Origin: a virus
Lineage: Duplodnaviria; Caudoviricetes
IMG/VR virus record: IMGVR_UViG_3300021978_000001
Span: 64,001 to 128,000 of that record
Reading direction: 5' to 3' (one strand)
DNA length: 64,000 nt
Shown: positions 18,341 to 29,700 of the stretch, one piece after another
How positions within the stretch are numbered: position 1 is the stretch's first letter
Layout: each line of letters opens with the position of its first letter
Program-made: the position numbers and the translations under genes
The notes under the pieces: generated by a model
The model's database searches: none
Seen by the model: only the letters and a program-made list of their open reading frames with translations
What the model was told of the DNA's origin: nothing

Positions 18341-20926
18341 TTACTTGACGAGAAGATTGCCCTTGAGTTTATAAACAGCAGCACAAGTCAGGTTGCCCGT
18401 ATCCGCGAACCCGATACGGTTCTCAGAGCTGGCTTCCAAGTAGTTGGCCACGACCACGAGGACAAGCTCACCCTGCCGCCCGAAGTCCGTGTCCTGCTCC
18501 AACCTCCCGATGAAAGAGACGAACACCTTGTGTTCTGCGAGCGCGCTCAAGGACTGCGCGATGGCAGAAGGACGGTACGCCGTCAAATCGACCGAGGTAA
18601 AGTGATCCAGAAACTCCGCGTTCTGTGTCGTGACATTGAGCGGGTCCTGGAACGTGAACGACTCTACAGGCACCATGGGGAGCAACAGCGGAAGCTCGGC
18701 AAAGCCCGTGGTCGCGTCATAATCATCAATCGAGATAGGACCAGGCGCCGAAAGCTCGGCTTCCGAGTCATAAGGCGCGTCACGGTGTACCGGAATCTGT
18801 CCCATCGGCGCCTCGTAAGGGAAGCTCGTCAAGGGAGAGCCCGAACCTGTGGTACCGACACGCATCTTGGGAGAGATGGCGAGCGGCTTGATCACCAGGT
18901 CGTTGTTCGGCGTCGCGTTTTGCAGGTACTCGAACTGAATCGCCTGAATCCCAGGCGTCATGTAGTAAAACGTGATCGGCGTCCCATTGGTCGGCAACGC
19001 GCGCGCCGGGAAGAAGGTCACATCCACAGAAGTGTCATCAGCGGGGAGAGGCCCTCCTGCGTCGATGCCTACCTGACGCCCTGACGTGCGGGAAGGATCG
19101 ACCGTGTAGAGCGGCCCTCCACCTGTGCCCTGGACCGAGACCACACCGTTGATCGTGCCTCCTGCACCTTCGTAAAGGTACTCGGGAAGCAGCACCGTGG
19201 TCGTGTCCTGCGCGAAGACGGTAAGCGTGACCGCGCTATCGGTCGTGTATGTCGCGGAGACCTCACGGTGCGGGCCATCTTCATAAGAGACCTGGAGGTA
19301 GTCACGAATCGCCTCACGCCCTGCGGCGTCATTGGTAAACACCACACCGATGTCTGCGTTGAACGCGGTGGGGTCATGCACATTGGTCGTGAACCCCGCC
19401 GCCGCGCCATCGACATGGGCGTTCAAGCCCGCGCCCACGGGGTAGAGCACCTCATAAGTCACCCAAAGGTCAGCAGACGATCCGGGCGTGGGAGGGTCAT
19501 CGAGTGTGATCACGACCGTCTGACCACCGAGACCACTGATCGCGCTGTAGTTGTACGTTTGCACGCCGGAACCCGCGCCACCTGCGCTCTCGTTCAAGGA
19601 GACTTCGAGCACATCGTTGATCACGGTTCCTGTAGGTTGCTCGTCCGAGAGTGGCCCTCCGAGTCCCGTGATCGCCGTAAGGTCGAGAGTTACAGTATCA
19701 CCCGCGTTCCAGGTGCCCCCGGGAGGAGCAAAGACCACGATGTGTTGTTGCGCGGTGGGACGATCCGAGAAGACGGTACGAATCCCATCAGCGCCGCCAA
19801 ACGTGTTCCCCGATGCAGGGTCCGAGGGTACCGCATTCGAGGGAACGAGATCATCTGCTTTCAAGATACGCGAGCCTGCAAGCTCCGAGCCTCCCACATA
19901 GAAGCCCGTGTAGGCCGTGTTGGTTGCCCAGGTACGCAGGTTCAAATCCATCAGGAGCGAGGTCGAGCGTTCGACCTCGTGTGTCAAATCGAACCCAGTG
20001 AAAGAAACGTGACGGCGCATGTCCTGGAGGTCGTCAAAGACCACCGAATCCGAGTAGTAGCCGTCAGGACGATCCGAAGAGCCCGATGCGAGCAAGGCTC
20101 CTCCGTTTCCATTCCCGAGGAAATCGAACGCCTGAGAGTTGCGGCGATACACCAGGCACACAGGGATCGAGTAAACGTAACCATCCGTCGTCCCCAGGGA
20201 GTTATTGGGGTCTCCGTCTCCCGCGCGCCACAAACCGGGATCACCCTCTACCTCATCGAACGTGAAGACGCTCAGAGCAGCCTGTGGTCCTTGGGCGAAG
20301 ACATTGGCGTCGGTGTAGCCCTTCTTGTTGGCCGTGTTGGTCAAGCGTTGGGACTTGAGCCTCCATTGGATCTGCACGCGACGTGTGGACTCAGCAGCGA
20401 GCACCGGGTCGATCATGTCTTCCGTGATCCATGTGGCCGCAGGAGAGAGCACGTTTCCGTTGTACCAGATCTGAGTAGCGCTCGGTTTGTTATCCGTCGA
20501 AGGGTCCGGCGCCACGAGCGCCTTCCATACTTCGAGATACACGAAATCCAACGCGATTGACCCCGCAGAAGCAGGAGGAGACGCGAGCGTGATCCGGTTT
20601 TCTTCGGCGGTCGTCGTGTTGGTGAACTCCAGAGGAATCACCCAACCGTTGACGTGCACCACAGGACGGTCGATCAGGTAGAACGCGTTGGCTTCCGCGC
20701 GGAAGTCAAACGAACTGTTGCTGTCCTCATCGAAATCCCCGGTCAAGAACCCCGAGGGCGCTTGCTGGCGCAGCACTTCCTGTGCCTTGAAGAACTGGAT
20801 GTCCTGGTTCAGGTTCAGCTCGGCATCGAGGACAAACTTGCCATCCTGATACACCACATTCTCGAACCCGGTGTTTTCGGGATCGAGGTAGCGACTTACC
20901 CCTGCGCCGTAATCGTTTTCAGCCAT
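18341..20926 (-). CDS. Virion structural protein, paralog of 6815..11251
   Basis: N-terminus VSRYLDP...VVYQDGKFVLDAELN and shared GDGD/IPVC block. Confidence 0.85.
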   Translation of the reverse strand: MAENDYGAGVSRYLDPENTGFENVVYQDGKFVLDAELNLNQDIQFFKAQEVLRQQAPSGFLTGDFDEDSNSSFDFRAEANAFYLIDRPVVHVNGWVIPLEFTNTTTAEENRITLASPPASAGSIALDFVYLEVWKALVAPDPSTDNKPSATQIWYNGNVLSPAATWITEDMIDPVLAAESTRRVQIQWRLKSQRLTNTANKKGYTDANVFAQGPQAALSVFTFDEVEGDPGLWRAGDGDPNNSLGTTDGYVYSIPVCLVYRRNSQAFDFLGNGNGGALLASGSSDRPDGYYSDSVVFDDLQDMRRHVSFTGFDLTHEVERSTSLLMDLNLRTWATNTAYTGFYVGGSELAGSRILKADDLVPSNAVPSDPASGNTFGGADGIRTVFSDRPTAQQHIVVFAPPGGTWNAGDTVTLDLTAITGLGGPLSDEQPTGTVINDVLEVSLNESAGGAGSGVQTYNYSAISGLGGQTVVITLDDPPTPGSSADLWVTYEVLYPVGAGLNAHVDGAAAGFTTNVHDPTAFNADIGVVFTNDAAGREAIRDYLQVSYEDGPHREVSATYTTDSAVTLTVFAQDTTTVLLPEYLYEGAGGTINGVVSVQGTGGGPLYTVDPSRTSGRQVGIDAGGPLPADDTSVDVTFFPARALPTNGTPITFYYMTPGIQAIQFEYLQNATPNNDLVIKPLAISPKMRVGTTGSGSPLTSFPYEAPMGQIPVHRDAPYDSEAELSAPGPISIDDYDATTGFAELPLLLPMVPVESFTFQDPLNVTTQNAEFLDHFTSVDLTAYRPSAIAQSLSALAEHKVFVSFIGRLEQDTDFGRQGELVLVVVANYLEASSENRIGFADTGNLTCAAVYKLKGNLLVK

Positions 20927-20971
20927 GTCTCACGCTCATCGCAACAGATTGGAGGGAACACAAAGGATACA

Positions 20972-21631
20972 TCAAAACGTTAGCCGCCACGTAATTTGCA
21001 ACCGAGCCGTCGCGGGCTTGTTGATCACGGGGAACGTCAGATAGTTGCACAAGGTATCCTTGTTGCGCAAGTCTTCTGTGTCATCATACGGCCCGTTGGC
21101 GGGAGACACGGGGTTGGTCACCCCGAGGTCTTCCGAAATGTCTCCTCCCAACAATCCCATCTCGACCAGGGGACCCACCGCTTCCGACTGCGCGAAGGTG
21201 GTGGTAAGGTCGATGATGTTCGTGGGGTAAGACACCGGCGAGCCTCCCGAGTCCACGAAGGTCGTGGTCGAGAAGGTCTTTCTCGACAGCTCGGAGTAGA
21301 GCGCGCGTTGGGTGTTGGTCTCTGCGGGAGGGTTTTGCAAATCCCAACCCACATCTCCTGTCCCGATGGCCAGGGCATAGATGCCGTGGCGAGGCCCCAG
21401 AGGGTCGAGGCACAGGCGCGCGAGCAAGATGCTCATGTCCAGAGTCACGATGTTATGCGTCGCGACCTCTTCGACCCTGCCATCATCATGCAAGAGCGTG
21501 AAGAACACGTCCCCTTGAATGTGCTGACGACGACGGCCCTGGTAGCGATCACGATAAAGGGCGCCCATGGCCTGGCTTACTTCCGAGGCCATGCGGTGGA
21601 GTTTCCGGTAGAAATCGTTAAACAATGGCAT
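20972..21631 (-). CDS. Tail-collar/baseplate-associated small protein
   Basis: NIVT...LAIGTG...LYSELSRK pattern typical of tail-fibre base proteins. Confidence 0.65.
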   Translation of the reverse strand: MPLFNDFYRKLHRMASEVSQAMGALYRDRYQGRRRQHIQGDVFFTLLHDDGRVEEVATHNIVTLDMSILLARLCLDPLGPRHGIYALAIGTGDVGWDLQNPPAETNTQRALYSELSRKTFSTTTFVDSGGSPVSYPTNIIDLTTTFAQSEAVGPLVEMGLLGGDISEDLGVTNPVSPANGPYDDTEDLRNKDTLCNYLTFPVINKPATARLQITWRLTF

Positions 21632-21714
21632 GATGTCCTTACCTCACTTGATACAGCAGACTCACACTGTGTGTGCCTTACAAGTGAATTAATGTCATAC
21701 CCGGCCCGAAGCGC

Positions 21715-22032
21715 TCATGAAGCGAAAAAGGCTTCCACACGTGCCTCGTCCTTCTCCCCCTTCGCGAGATCGCGCATGACCCCCTCGAAAGCGACTTCGA
21801 GGTCACGGTCTGTACATTCCTTCGGCAACTCCAGCCCCGCACAAGCAAACGCCTCGCGAACCGCGTCGCCCACGTTCTCTTGCTCGACGTAAGCCTCCTT
21901 GATCTTCTCCTCTTCGAGCATGTAGAAGAGCGCCTCTCGATCGCGGTTCGCTCCGCACGCAGTATAGTGGTTGAAGAAAATAAACCGGGCAGCTTCTCGG
22001 GGATTCTGATACAGGGTAGCGCCATAACGCAT
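21715..22032 (-). CDS. Hypothetical non-structural protein with its own promoter (moron-like)
   Basis: ATG at 22032 after GAGAGG; sigma70-like promoter at 22083-22111. Confidence 0.7.
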   Translation of the reverse strand: MRYGATLYQNPREAARFIFFNHYTACGANRDREALFYMLEEEKIKEAYVEQENVGDAVREAFACAGLELPKECTDRDLEVAFEGVMRDLAKGEKDEARVEAFFAS

Positions 22033-22118
22033 GATGAACCTCTCTGGTGTTTGATGGGTGTGTCGTTCGTGTTGTACACCCCCTGATACCACAAGAGATA
22101 TTTACCGTAAAGCCCACA

Positions 22119-25100
22119 TCAAGGGAAGTTCACTGTCGTCACAAAGTCGAGCACCTGGTCGCTGGTGGTCTGCGTGTTCAGGGTGAATACCACTGAATCC
22201 TCGTGCACCACGTCACCAGGGGTATTCACGACCGAGTTCAGCGTCGCCTTGGGGTTGTTGAGGAGCCCGGACCCGTAGAAGTCAGTCAAGACGCTCTCAC
22301 CTCCTGTCAAGGCTTCGTCGGTGACGGCGCCTACCTCATCGGTGTACGTGATCTCACACACGAGCGTGACCGCGCTCGCGAGGTTCGCGAGGTTTCCTTC
22401 CGGGCTGTTGAGGACCGTATTGGGGTTGTTCAACTGGAGGAGACGTCCCCGTGTACGTGGATTCTCATCTCCTTGGTCAGGAAACGTGTAGGTATCCTCA
22501 TACGGATCTTCGAGCGTGATGGCCACGAACTTGTCGCACGCGGCAGAGACCAAGCCCTGCTCCCCATATTGTACAACCGAACACAAATCCAGGCTCGCGA
22601 GGAACGAATCCTCCTTGCGTCGAAACACCACCGAGGTGCCCGCGTCATTGAGGATAAAATCATCGTCGCTGTTCAACAAATCGTTCTGATCGTTGAGCTG
22701 CGAGTTGAACTCGACGCTCGCCGTGACCTGTGCCTGGTGCGTCAAAGCAAACGGTGGCGTCCCTTCCCCAAGGCGAATCACGGGGCGATTGTTCTTGAGG
22801 TACCCTTTCCCGAAGGGGCGGCGGTGGTACAACGTCACTCGCAAGGGGCTGGTCAAGTCCGTAAGCGGTGTATCGAGCGTGATCTCGTTCGATACCCGGT
22901 CGTAGGTGTATGTGTACGCAGTGAGTCCATCCTGACTCGTCACAGACAACACACGATCTGCGAACATACCCACTTGCCCGGGACGCAAGATAGTGGCCGT
23001 GTACGGGGTGATCAACACTTGCTCGGGGTCACGATCCTCGACGGGCTCTGGTGAGGTCAGCGTGTTCGAGTAGTTGAGCACCGCGTTAGGCAATGTGCGC
23101 TGATCCTCGCGACGGTTCAGCAAGATGTAGTTGACACGATCCCACTGTGCGTCGGTGTAGGCCGCAGGGTCGAGTGTTCCGAAGAGGACATAGCCCAGGT
23201 TCGTGTCCACGTTCGTGAGGTCTTCACGCAAGGGGAGCTGGTTGTAGGGCAGCGTCAGAGAAGGCGTGCTCGACCCTCCCAGGAAAATCTCCACAATGGA
23301 GGTCTTGTTGATGCGCACACGGACATCGAGGAAAGCCCCAAAGAACTCCGCTGGCGCGCTCGTGTATTGGTTGGCGTCCAGAATATCACCTGAGCCCGTG
23401 TAAAGCCCGATGCGGCGATTCCCATGGGCTGCCTGGTGCGCGTAGAAGTAATCGACCTCGAAGGTGCCCTGACCGTCCAGGACACCAAAACGTGCCTGCA
23501 CATCGGTAGCCGTCGAGACCGGCGCGAGCAAAACATCAATCAAGCCGACATACACGCCATCCGCGAACACCGAGAGGTTATCCCCATAGCGCACCAGCTT
23601 GAAGTGCGTCAGCTCGGTGCTCGCGGTCCAATCATAGTTGACTCCAACAGGGTTGCCCCCATCGAGCACCAGCGTGCCCGTGTCGTCCACGAGCACGAGC
23701 ATGGGCGTCCCGTCATCGTAGGGCGCCAGGTAGACGACATACTCCCCATCATCGACCCCAAAGAAGAACGGCGCGAGGTCATCAGAGGTCAAGGTGTAAT
23801 CCTTGATCGCGAGCCTCGTGGCGCATACCCACTCGGTGATCGAACCTCGCCCTACTTCGACCGCAGAAGCCGTCGCTGCCGCGCCGTCGTGCGTGATCAC
23901 GAGGCGATGGTCATAGTAGGACAACTCATCGGCGTCGAGCGTGGACGTGAAGCCCGCGTCGGTAGGAGACGTTACCCCACCATACGCGTAGAGGAAGGCG
24001 CCAGGCAAGGGCGCGTTGTAGCCATCGAGGTGTCCTTGTGTAGACAGTGAGATGCCGTTGATGAACTGCCAGAAGCCCGTCGCGGATTTGGCGAGCGCGC
24101 CTTGTCCCTGGTACTGCGCTGGCGCGTTCTCGTCAAAGAGCGAGAGCGTCATCTGGCGCTTCTCATCCGCGAGAATCACCGTCGAAGCCATACCCTGTGC
24201 CCAACTGGTCACGCGCACCTTGAACGTGATCTCTCGCAAGGAAGCCTGGTCGATAAAGGGCTCGACGCGCGACCACGCGTACCCTTCACCCACCACAGGT
24301 TGTCCTGCTGACTGTTGCAGCACCAGGTCACCCGGCAACGTGCGAGCATAACCCTGGTTTTGCGCGAGGTACCATGGAGGTGTGTTATCCTCGGGGAGCG
24401 TCACCATGTCCGTGACCACGCTCACGACCTGCGCGGATTCCGTCCCCTGATCCGGCGTGACCGCGAAGCGCACGAAGTCCCACCCCACCTCGCTCACCGC
24501 ACGACGCGAGGCAGACCCGAAGAAGAGCGAGTTGTTTCGCAAGAGCGCGAAGATCTCGGGAGCAATCGCGGCATCGTCCTGGCTCACCGATGCGATAGGT
24601 GTCTCGAACCCTGCGAGAAACAGCGCAAACTCTCCAGAAGAGGTCTTCGCCGCGCGATACGAGCGCAACACCGTGAAGTCTACTTCGAGGAAAAGCTCGA
24701 CTGGACCCGTGGCAGGGAACGCGACATCGACCGTCACCGTGAAGCCATCGACCCCTTGGTCGTCGATGTCCAGGACAGTGTAGACTACACCATCGCTCCA
24801 GAGACGCTCTCCCAGGGTAAAGGGTGGCTCGGTCGTAAAGCGAAGCTGTGTATTCGGCCCATTCGGGTTTTCGACCACCGAGGTAAGCCCGCTCCAGGAG
24901 TCAATGAGGGTCTCGTCTCCTGTGTCCGAGAGAATCCCTGCGGTCAGAAAGCCCCCGGAGAGTTCGAGGAAGCCGACAAGGTACGCGCGCTCATCATCCG
25001 ACCAACCCGCTGTGATGCCCGTAAACACCCCATCAGGCGTGTAGGAGAGCGCGCGAAGGCGCCAGTTCAGCGAGCTGCTGGCTTCATAGCTCAGGTCCAA

Positions 25101-25985
25101 TGTCTGGCGAAAGAGGCTCGCGAGCCCCTGTGCGTTGTCGGTCCCTGTGGAGGCATCCTCGACGATGTAGAGGTTATCGGTGGTAAACGTCGCGGCACCG
25201 AGGGTGGGTCCCGTATAGGTAAAGCCCACAGGGTTATCATCCCCCTCGAAGAATACCGAGGTCACCTTCAAATCACGCTTGAACGGTGGCAGGGAAGCAT
25301 ACTGCGAGGGTTCATTCAAGACAAGAGAGGTCGGGTCGTTCAAGACCGCACTGTATTCGTAATCGAACGCGGTCCACTGGTGCCCCACAACCTCGGGCGG
25401 CGTCAAAACAGCGCGCTCACCGACATCAGGGCCGCTGCCGGGTCCCAACACGGTATTGAACGCGAAGGGATGAGCATAAGCGTTCGTGCCAAATTGGTTG
25501 AGGAGGTAGTTCGAGTTGTTGAGCGCCGCGAACGGGAGCGTGGGGCGATCGACATAAGAGTAGTCGATCAGGACCGTATCCCCGGGTTCGAGGATCTCCC
25601 CCATGATCAGGATGCCCGCCACAGGGTCGATCGCTACAGGCGGCGTAGGCGTGCCGTTGACGAGGACGGTAACATCATCCACGGTCGCGAGCTTCCCATC
25701 CCCCTGTCCGTTGGTCAGGGGACCGTACTCGGTGAAGATGAGCGTGTTCTCGGGGCGGTCGATAAGCCCGAGCGTGGCGAGTTGTCCCGAGGTCGCGACC
25801 GAGGTGAGATCCACATTAGCCCAGACCCCCATGGTCGCCACAGAGGAACCCAACGAACCTGCGTTGAAGGTCTCGGTGATCGCCAACCCCCCAAGGCCCG
25901 AGGCGGTGGCGGAGATTTTGATACCGGCGCCGTTCGGGTCAGGGATGCGATGAACTGTGGGGAAACTGAGCCGGATATTACTCAT
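22119..25985 (-). CDS. Large virion protein with lectin/ConA-like beta-sandwich segments
   Basis: 1288 aa, beta-rich (FKLVRYGDNLSVFADG). Confidence 0.8.
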   Translation of the reverse strand: MSNIRLSFPTVHRIPDPNGAGIKISATASGLGGLAITETFNAGSLGSSVATMGVWANVDLTSVATSGQLATLGLIDRPENTLIFTEYGPLTNGQGDGKLATVDDVTVLVNGTPTPPVAIDPVAGILIMGEILEPGDTVLIDYSYVDRPTLPFAALNNSNYLLNQFGTNAYAHPFAFNTVLGPGSGPDVGERAVLTPPEVVGHQWTAFDYEYSAVLNDPTSLVLNEPSQYASLPPFKRDLKVTSVFFEGDDNPVGFTYTGPTLGAATFTTDNLYIVEDASTGTDNAQGLASLFRQTLDLSYEASSSLNWRLRALSYTPDGVFTGITAGWSDDERAYLVGFLELSGGFLTAGILSDTGDETLIDSWSGLTSVVENPNGPNTQLRFTTEPPFTLGERLWSDGVVYTVLDIDDQGVDGFTVTVDVAFPATGPVELFLEVDFTVLRSYRAAKTSSGEFALFLAGFETPIASVSQDDAAIAPEIFALLRNNSLFFGSASRRAVSEVGWDFVRFAVTPDQGTESAQVVSVVTDMVTLPEDNTPPWYLAQNQGYARTLPGDLVLQQSAGQPVVGEGYAWSRVEPFIDQASLREITFKVRVTSWAQGMASTVILADEKRQMTLSLFDENAPAQYQGQGALAKSATGFWQFINGISLSTQGHLDGYNAPLPGAFLYAYGGVTSPTDAGFTSTLDADELSYYDHRLVITHDGAAATASAVEVGRGSITEWVCATRLAIKDYTLTSDDLAPFFFGVDDGEYVVYLAPYDDGTPMLVLVDDTGTLVLDGGNPVGVNYDWTASTELTHFKLVRYGDNLSVFADGVYVGLIDVLLAPVSTATDVQARFGVLDGQGTFEVDYFYAHQAAHGNRRIGLYTGSGDILDANQYTSAPAEFFGAFLDVRVRINKTSIVEIFLGGSSTPSLTLPYNQLPLREDLTNVDTNLGYVLFGTLDPAAYTDAQWDRVNYILLNRREDQRTLPNAVLNYSNTLTSPEPVEDRDPEQVLITPYTATILRPGQVGMFADRVLSVTSQDGLTAYTYTYDRVSNEITLDTPLTDLTSPLRVTLYHRRPFGKGYLKNNRPVIRLGEGTPPFALTHQAQVTASVEFNSQLNDQNDLLNSDDDFILNDAGTSVVFRRKEDSFLASLDLCSVVQYGEQGLVSAACDKFVAITLEDPYEDTYTFPDQGDENPRTRGRLLQLNNPNTVLNSPEGNLANLASAVTLVCEITYTDEVGAVTDEALTGGESVLTDFYGSGLLNNPKATLNSVVNTPGDVVHEDSVVFTLNTQTTSDQVLDFVTTVNFP

Positions 25986-26779
25986 GGATCAAGCACCTGG
26001 GTGTATGAAATCAACTGGCTTTGGGCGTTGTACGTCGCGGTGATCGTGTACGATGCGATTTCGTTCGTGTCTGCGATCACGTCACCATTGCTCGGGTAGA
26101 TCTTTGCCGTGGCGCTGGTCAGGTTGTTGTTGCCATCGTACACCTGGTCAATCAACGCGAAGTTTTCATGGTTCAATCCGAGAATACGCGTGATCTGTTC
26201 CGCGAGCGCTGGGAGCGTCGTCGTACCATCTCCCAGGACATCCCACAACCCCACTCCCGCTGGGGCCACTTGTGTCCCTCCGGCGCCCGCGAGCTGGTCA
26301 GCGGTGGCGACCGGACCCGTGATGTTCGTGTCGATCGTATCGCTCAGGATCTTCAAGGAGTCCGTGCCCGAGTTAAAGCCCGCACCTTGAATGTCTGCGA
26401 TCCCTGTGTTGATGCCCGAGATGTTCGCGTTGACCGCTTGCACTTGTGAACTGATCGAGTCGAACAGGTTCTCGTACACCTGCGCGCGAACATTGTACTG
26501 ATCGAACGTTCCGGCTGCCAGGGGATCTTTAAAGACAATGATCAACTCCCCCAGAGTATCGGTCTCGCTCGCGCTCAGGTCAATGGTGTAAAGCCCTGGC
26601 ATGTTCGCGGCATCCAACTCGGTGAAGTTCGTGGGGGACAGTGTGAACGCCGCCACAGCGCCACCATTCTTCGAGAGGAAGGCTTCTACATCCGTATCCG
26701 CGAGGCCCGTCACTCCTGTGCCTCCTGCTGCGAGGATGATCGTGACCTTGGCCACGCTGGATTGTTCGAGTAGCAACAT
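25982..26779 (-). CDS. Virion protein, short paralog of 26792..30298
   Basis: N- and C-termini align by eye with the upstream 1168-aa protein. Confidence 0.8.
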   Translation of the reverse strand: MLLLEQSSVAKVTIILAAGGTGVTGLADTDVEAFLSKNGGAVAAFTLSPTNFTELDAANMPGLYTIDLSASETDTLGELIIVFKDPLAAGTFDQYNVRAQVYENLFDSISSQVQAVNANISGINTGIADIQGAGFNSGTDSLKILSDTIDTNITGPVATADQLAGAGGTQVAPAGVGLWDVLGDGTTTLPALAEQITRILGLNHENFALIDQVYDGNNNLTSATAKIYPSNGDVIADTNEIASYTITATYNAQSQLISYTQVLDP

Positions 26780-26791
26780 GGTAGCTCCCTA

Positions 26792-29700
26792 TCAGGCGCG
26801 TCGGAATTGATAATCAATCAAGCGACCACTCACGTCATACGAAGCCACCAGGGCATAGGCCGCGATCACGTTGGTCTCATCCACGACATCCTGCGCCGTG
26901 GGGTAGATGCGAATGGTCGCTGCCGTCAGGTTCCCCGAGGCATCATAGGTGTGGCCTGAGATGCGCAAGTTCTCCTGGCTCAACCCGAGGATGCGCGCGA
27001 GCGTCGTGGTGATGTCATCCAGGTCTGTCTGGAGTTGTGTGATCTGCGCCGTTTGCGCGGTCACTTCCCCTTCGATCGCCGTGATGTCTGCGGACTGCCC
27101 ATCAATCGCATCACGCAAGGCTTCGAGCGAGTCCGTCCCGCTGCTAAACGTCGCGCCCTGGATGTCCGCGAGCGTCGCGCTCTGGACCGAGAGGCTGTCG
27201 GTTCCCGTATCGAATCCAGCACCCTGAATCGCGGTCAAGGTCGTGGTCTGTGTCGTGTTGTTCGTGTCGATGGTATCACGCAAAACTTCGAGCGAGTCGG
27301 TTGCCGTATTGAAACCTGCACCTTGAATGTCCGCGAGGCTCGACGTGATTGGCGCCAGGTCCACGGGTGTATCGACATTGAAGCGCAACGACACCGGGTC
27401 GAGGTTCGCAGACGCCGCCTGGATTTGGAAGATCAGAACATCACTATCGGCCTGCCCCGTAAACCAGAGCGTCCCTTCTGCTTCATCACCGCTGTTGAAC
27501 ACGGGTGTTCCGGTCACTCCTGCGAGCGCGGTTTGCACCGTCGAATCGGTCTGCCATGTGTCCCCGCCATCATCCGTGTAGAGGATAGTGTTATCCCCTG
27601 CAACCCACGCGACATCTGTGGAGACCGCGACCACCGAGAAGAGATCCGCGACCACGCCCGAGGTTTGCGCTGTGAATGACTGCCCGCCATCCGAAGTGTA
27701 GAAAATGATGCCACCGTTTCCTACAGTCCAACCTACCTGCGTCCCATCCACGAAGTCGATGTCTCGCAAGGTGCCCGGTGTCCCCGGGAGCGTGATCAAG
27801 GCCCAACTCGCGCCCCCGTCATCCGTGCGGATGATGAAGTCCTGAGACGCGCCATCCTCACCCACCGCGACCGCGACATCTGTCGTTACCGCAGATACTC
27901 CGTAGAACAGCTCACCGCCGCCCCCGACATCACCAGGGCTGTAAGGGATCGCGAGGTTTGTGGGGTTATCATCACGGTCGAGCTTGAGCACATAGCCCGC
28001 TGCGACCACGTACACGATGCGATCCGACGCCGCGTCCAGGTCCTCGACGCGGTTGAACACCGTGAAGGAGCCTTCTGTGGCTTGCGTGTAGGAAGCGCCA
28101 TCGTTATCGGAGTATGCAACCACAGGCGCGCCAGAATCCGCGCCGCCCACGATCACGAAGTCTGTCCCCTCGATCCCCGAAACAGCGGTATCCTCGAAGG
28201 TGACGCCACCTGTATCGACCCAGGTATCCCCGCCATCACTCGTAGTGATCACCGAAGCACCTGTGGCGCCATTGAGCCGCGCGATAAACGCACGCAAGCT
28301 CGACTGCGCATAGACCGAAGCCCCAGCATCCGCAGAGCCACCCGGGTCCGCCTGCTCACCCGCAAAGGTCACAGCCAGGCCCCCGCCGCGAAGATCGACC
28401 ACAAGATCACCGAGCGTGTCTGTGTCACTCGCGCTCAAGGTGAGGCTATACCAACCAGGCAACACCACATCATTGAGTTCGGTCAGGGTCGTGTTGATCG
28501 TATTCGCCGTGCTCGTGCCTGCCTTGAACAGCAAGCTCGTGACCGCGCCACCTGCAATCCCTGTGTTTGCTTGCCCCTGGTTCGAGAGGTACACCGCGAT
28601 GGTGTGTGCGGTGGATTGCGGAATCCCATAAGCGGGCCGTTGCCTCGACAACTCGGCATCCAGGGTTGCTTGCAAGGTCGCGAGGAGCGCGGGAGCGGTA
28701 TCGGTCGCAGAGATCTGAAAACGAAAGCGCGTCTCATCAATCTGAGCGAAGGTCTTGCCCTCCTCATACACGACGCCTTCACCGTCAGCTTGAGAGAACA
28801 AGGCTTGGTCCGCGTAGTACGTCGAGTGCAGGTTCAACGCCGTGAACCCGACAAGAGGTGTGGGCGCGCTCCAGCTTGTACCCGCATCATCTGTATAGAT
28901 CACGGTACCGTTGTCGCCTACCACATAAGCGGTGTTCGCATCGAGCGTGTAGACCGCGTAGAGATCCTCGACCGTCCCGGTGACGCCTGTTTGATCGACC
29001 CAGTTATCGCCACCATCGGTGGTGTAGAGTACCGTCCCCGAGAGGCCACACGCGAACCCTGCGAGGCCCCCGCGCTCCATATCGACTCCGCGCAGCTCTG
29101 CGACTGCCGGGAGCGTCGTGGGGCTATTGAACGTGTTTCCATCTGTGGTGAAGCGAATCTCTCCGGCGCCTGCGGTCTGTCCTACCACGACGACGCGGTT
29201 GAACTGGAAGCTGCTGACATCGTAAAGCGTCGTGTTCGCGAGCGTCGCGACCGTCGAAAACGTGCCCCCAAAGAACGAACCCTTGAAGACATACGCCGTG
29301 GTGGTCGCTTGCGCCAACAGGAAGTATGAGGAGTCCCCGTTGGCCACCGAGATCTTGCGTACCGTATCGACCGTTTGTGGGCCACCGTGGAACGTCTCGG
29401 TGAACGTATCCCCGCCATCTGTGGTGTAATACACAGCAGCTTGCGTGCCTGCGGGCTCATATCCACAGATCACAAATTTATCTGCGTCCGTCTCATCGCC
29501 ATCCACGCCCGTCGAAGTCACGGTCGCGCCGCCGTTCTGGTTGAACGTCAGTTGCTCGTAAGTCCCCGAGCGGTCACGGGAGATGTACACGTTATCGACA
29601 GCGGTGAAGATGTTGTTATCCGTCACGATGACGATGACATCACCCCCGGCAGGCTTGACCGCGTAAATATCGGTCGCGTCCGTTCCGGGGTATCCCGAGA

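Noticed and set aside
7049-29329. Many long plus-strand ORFs (e.g. 9041..10414, 16265..17893, 24315..26099)
   Set aside because: Antisense shadows of GC-rich minus-strand structural genes; Arg/His-rich, no RBS or domain motifs.
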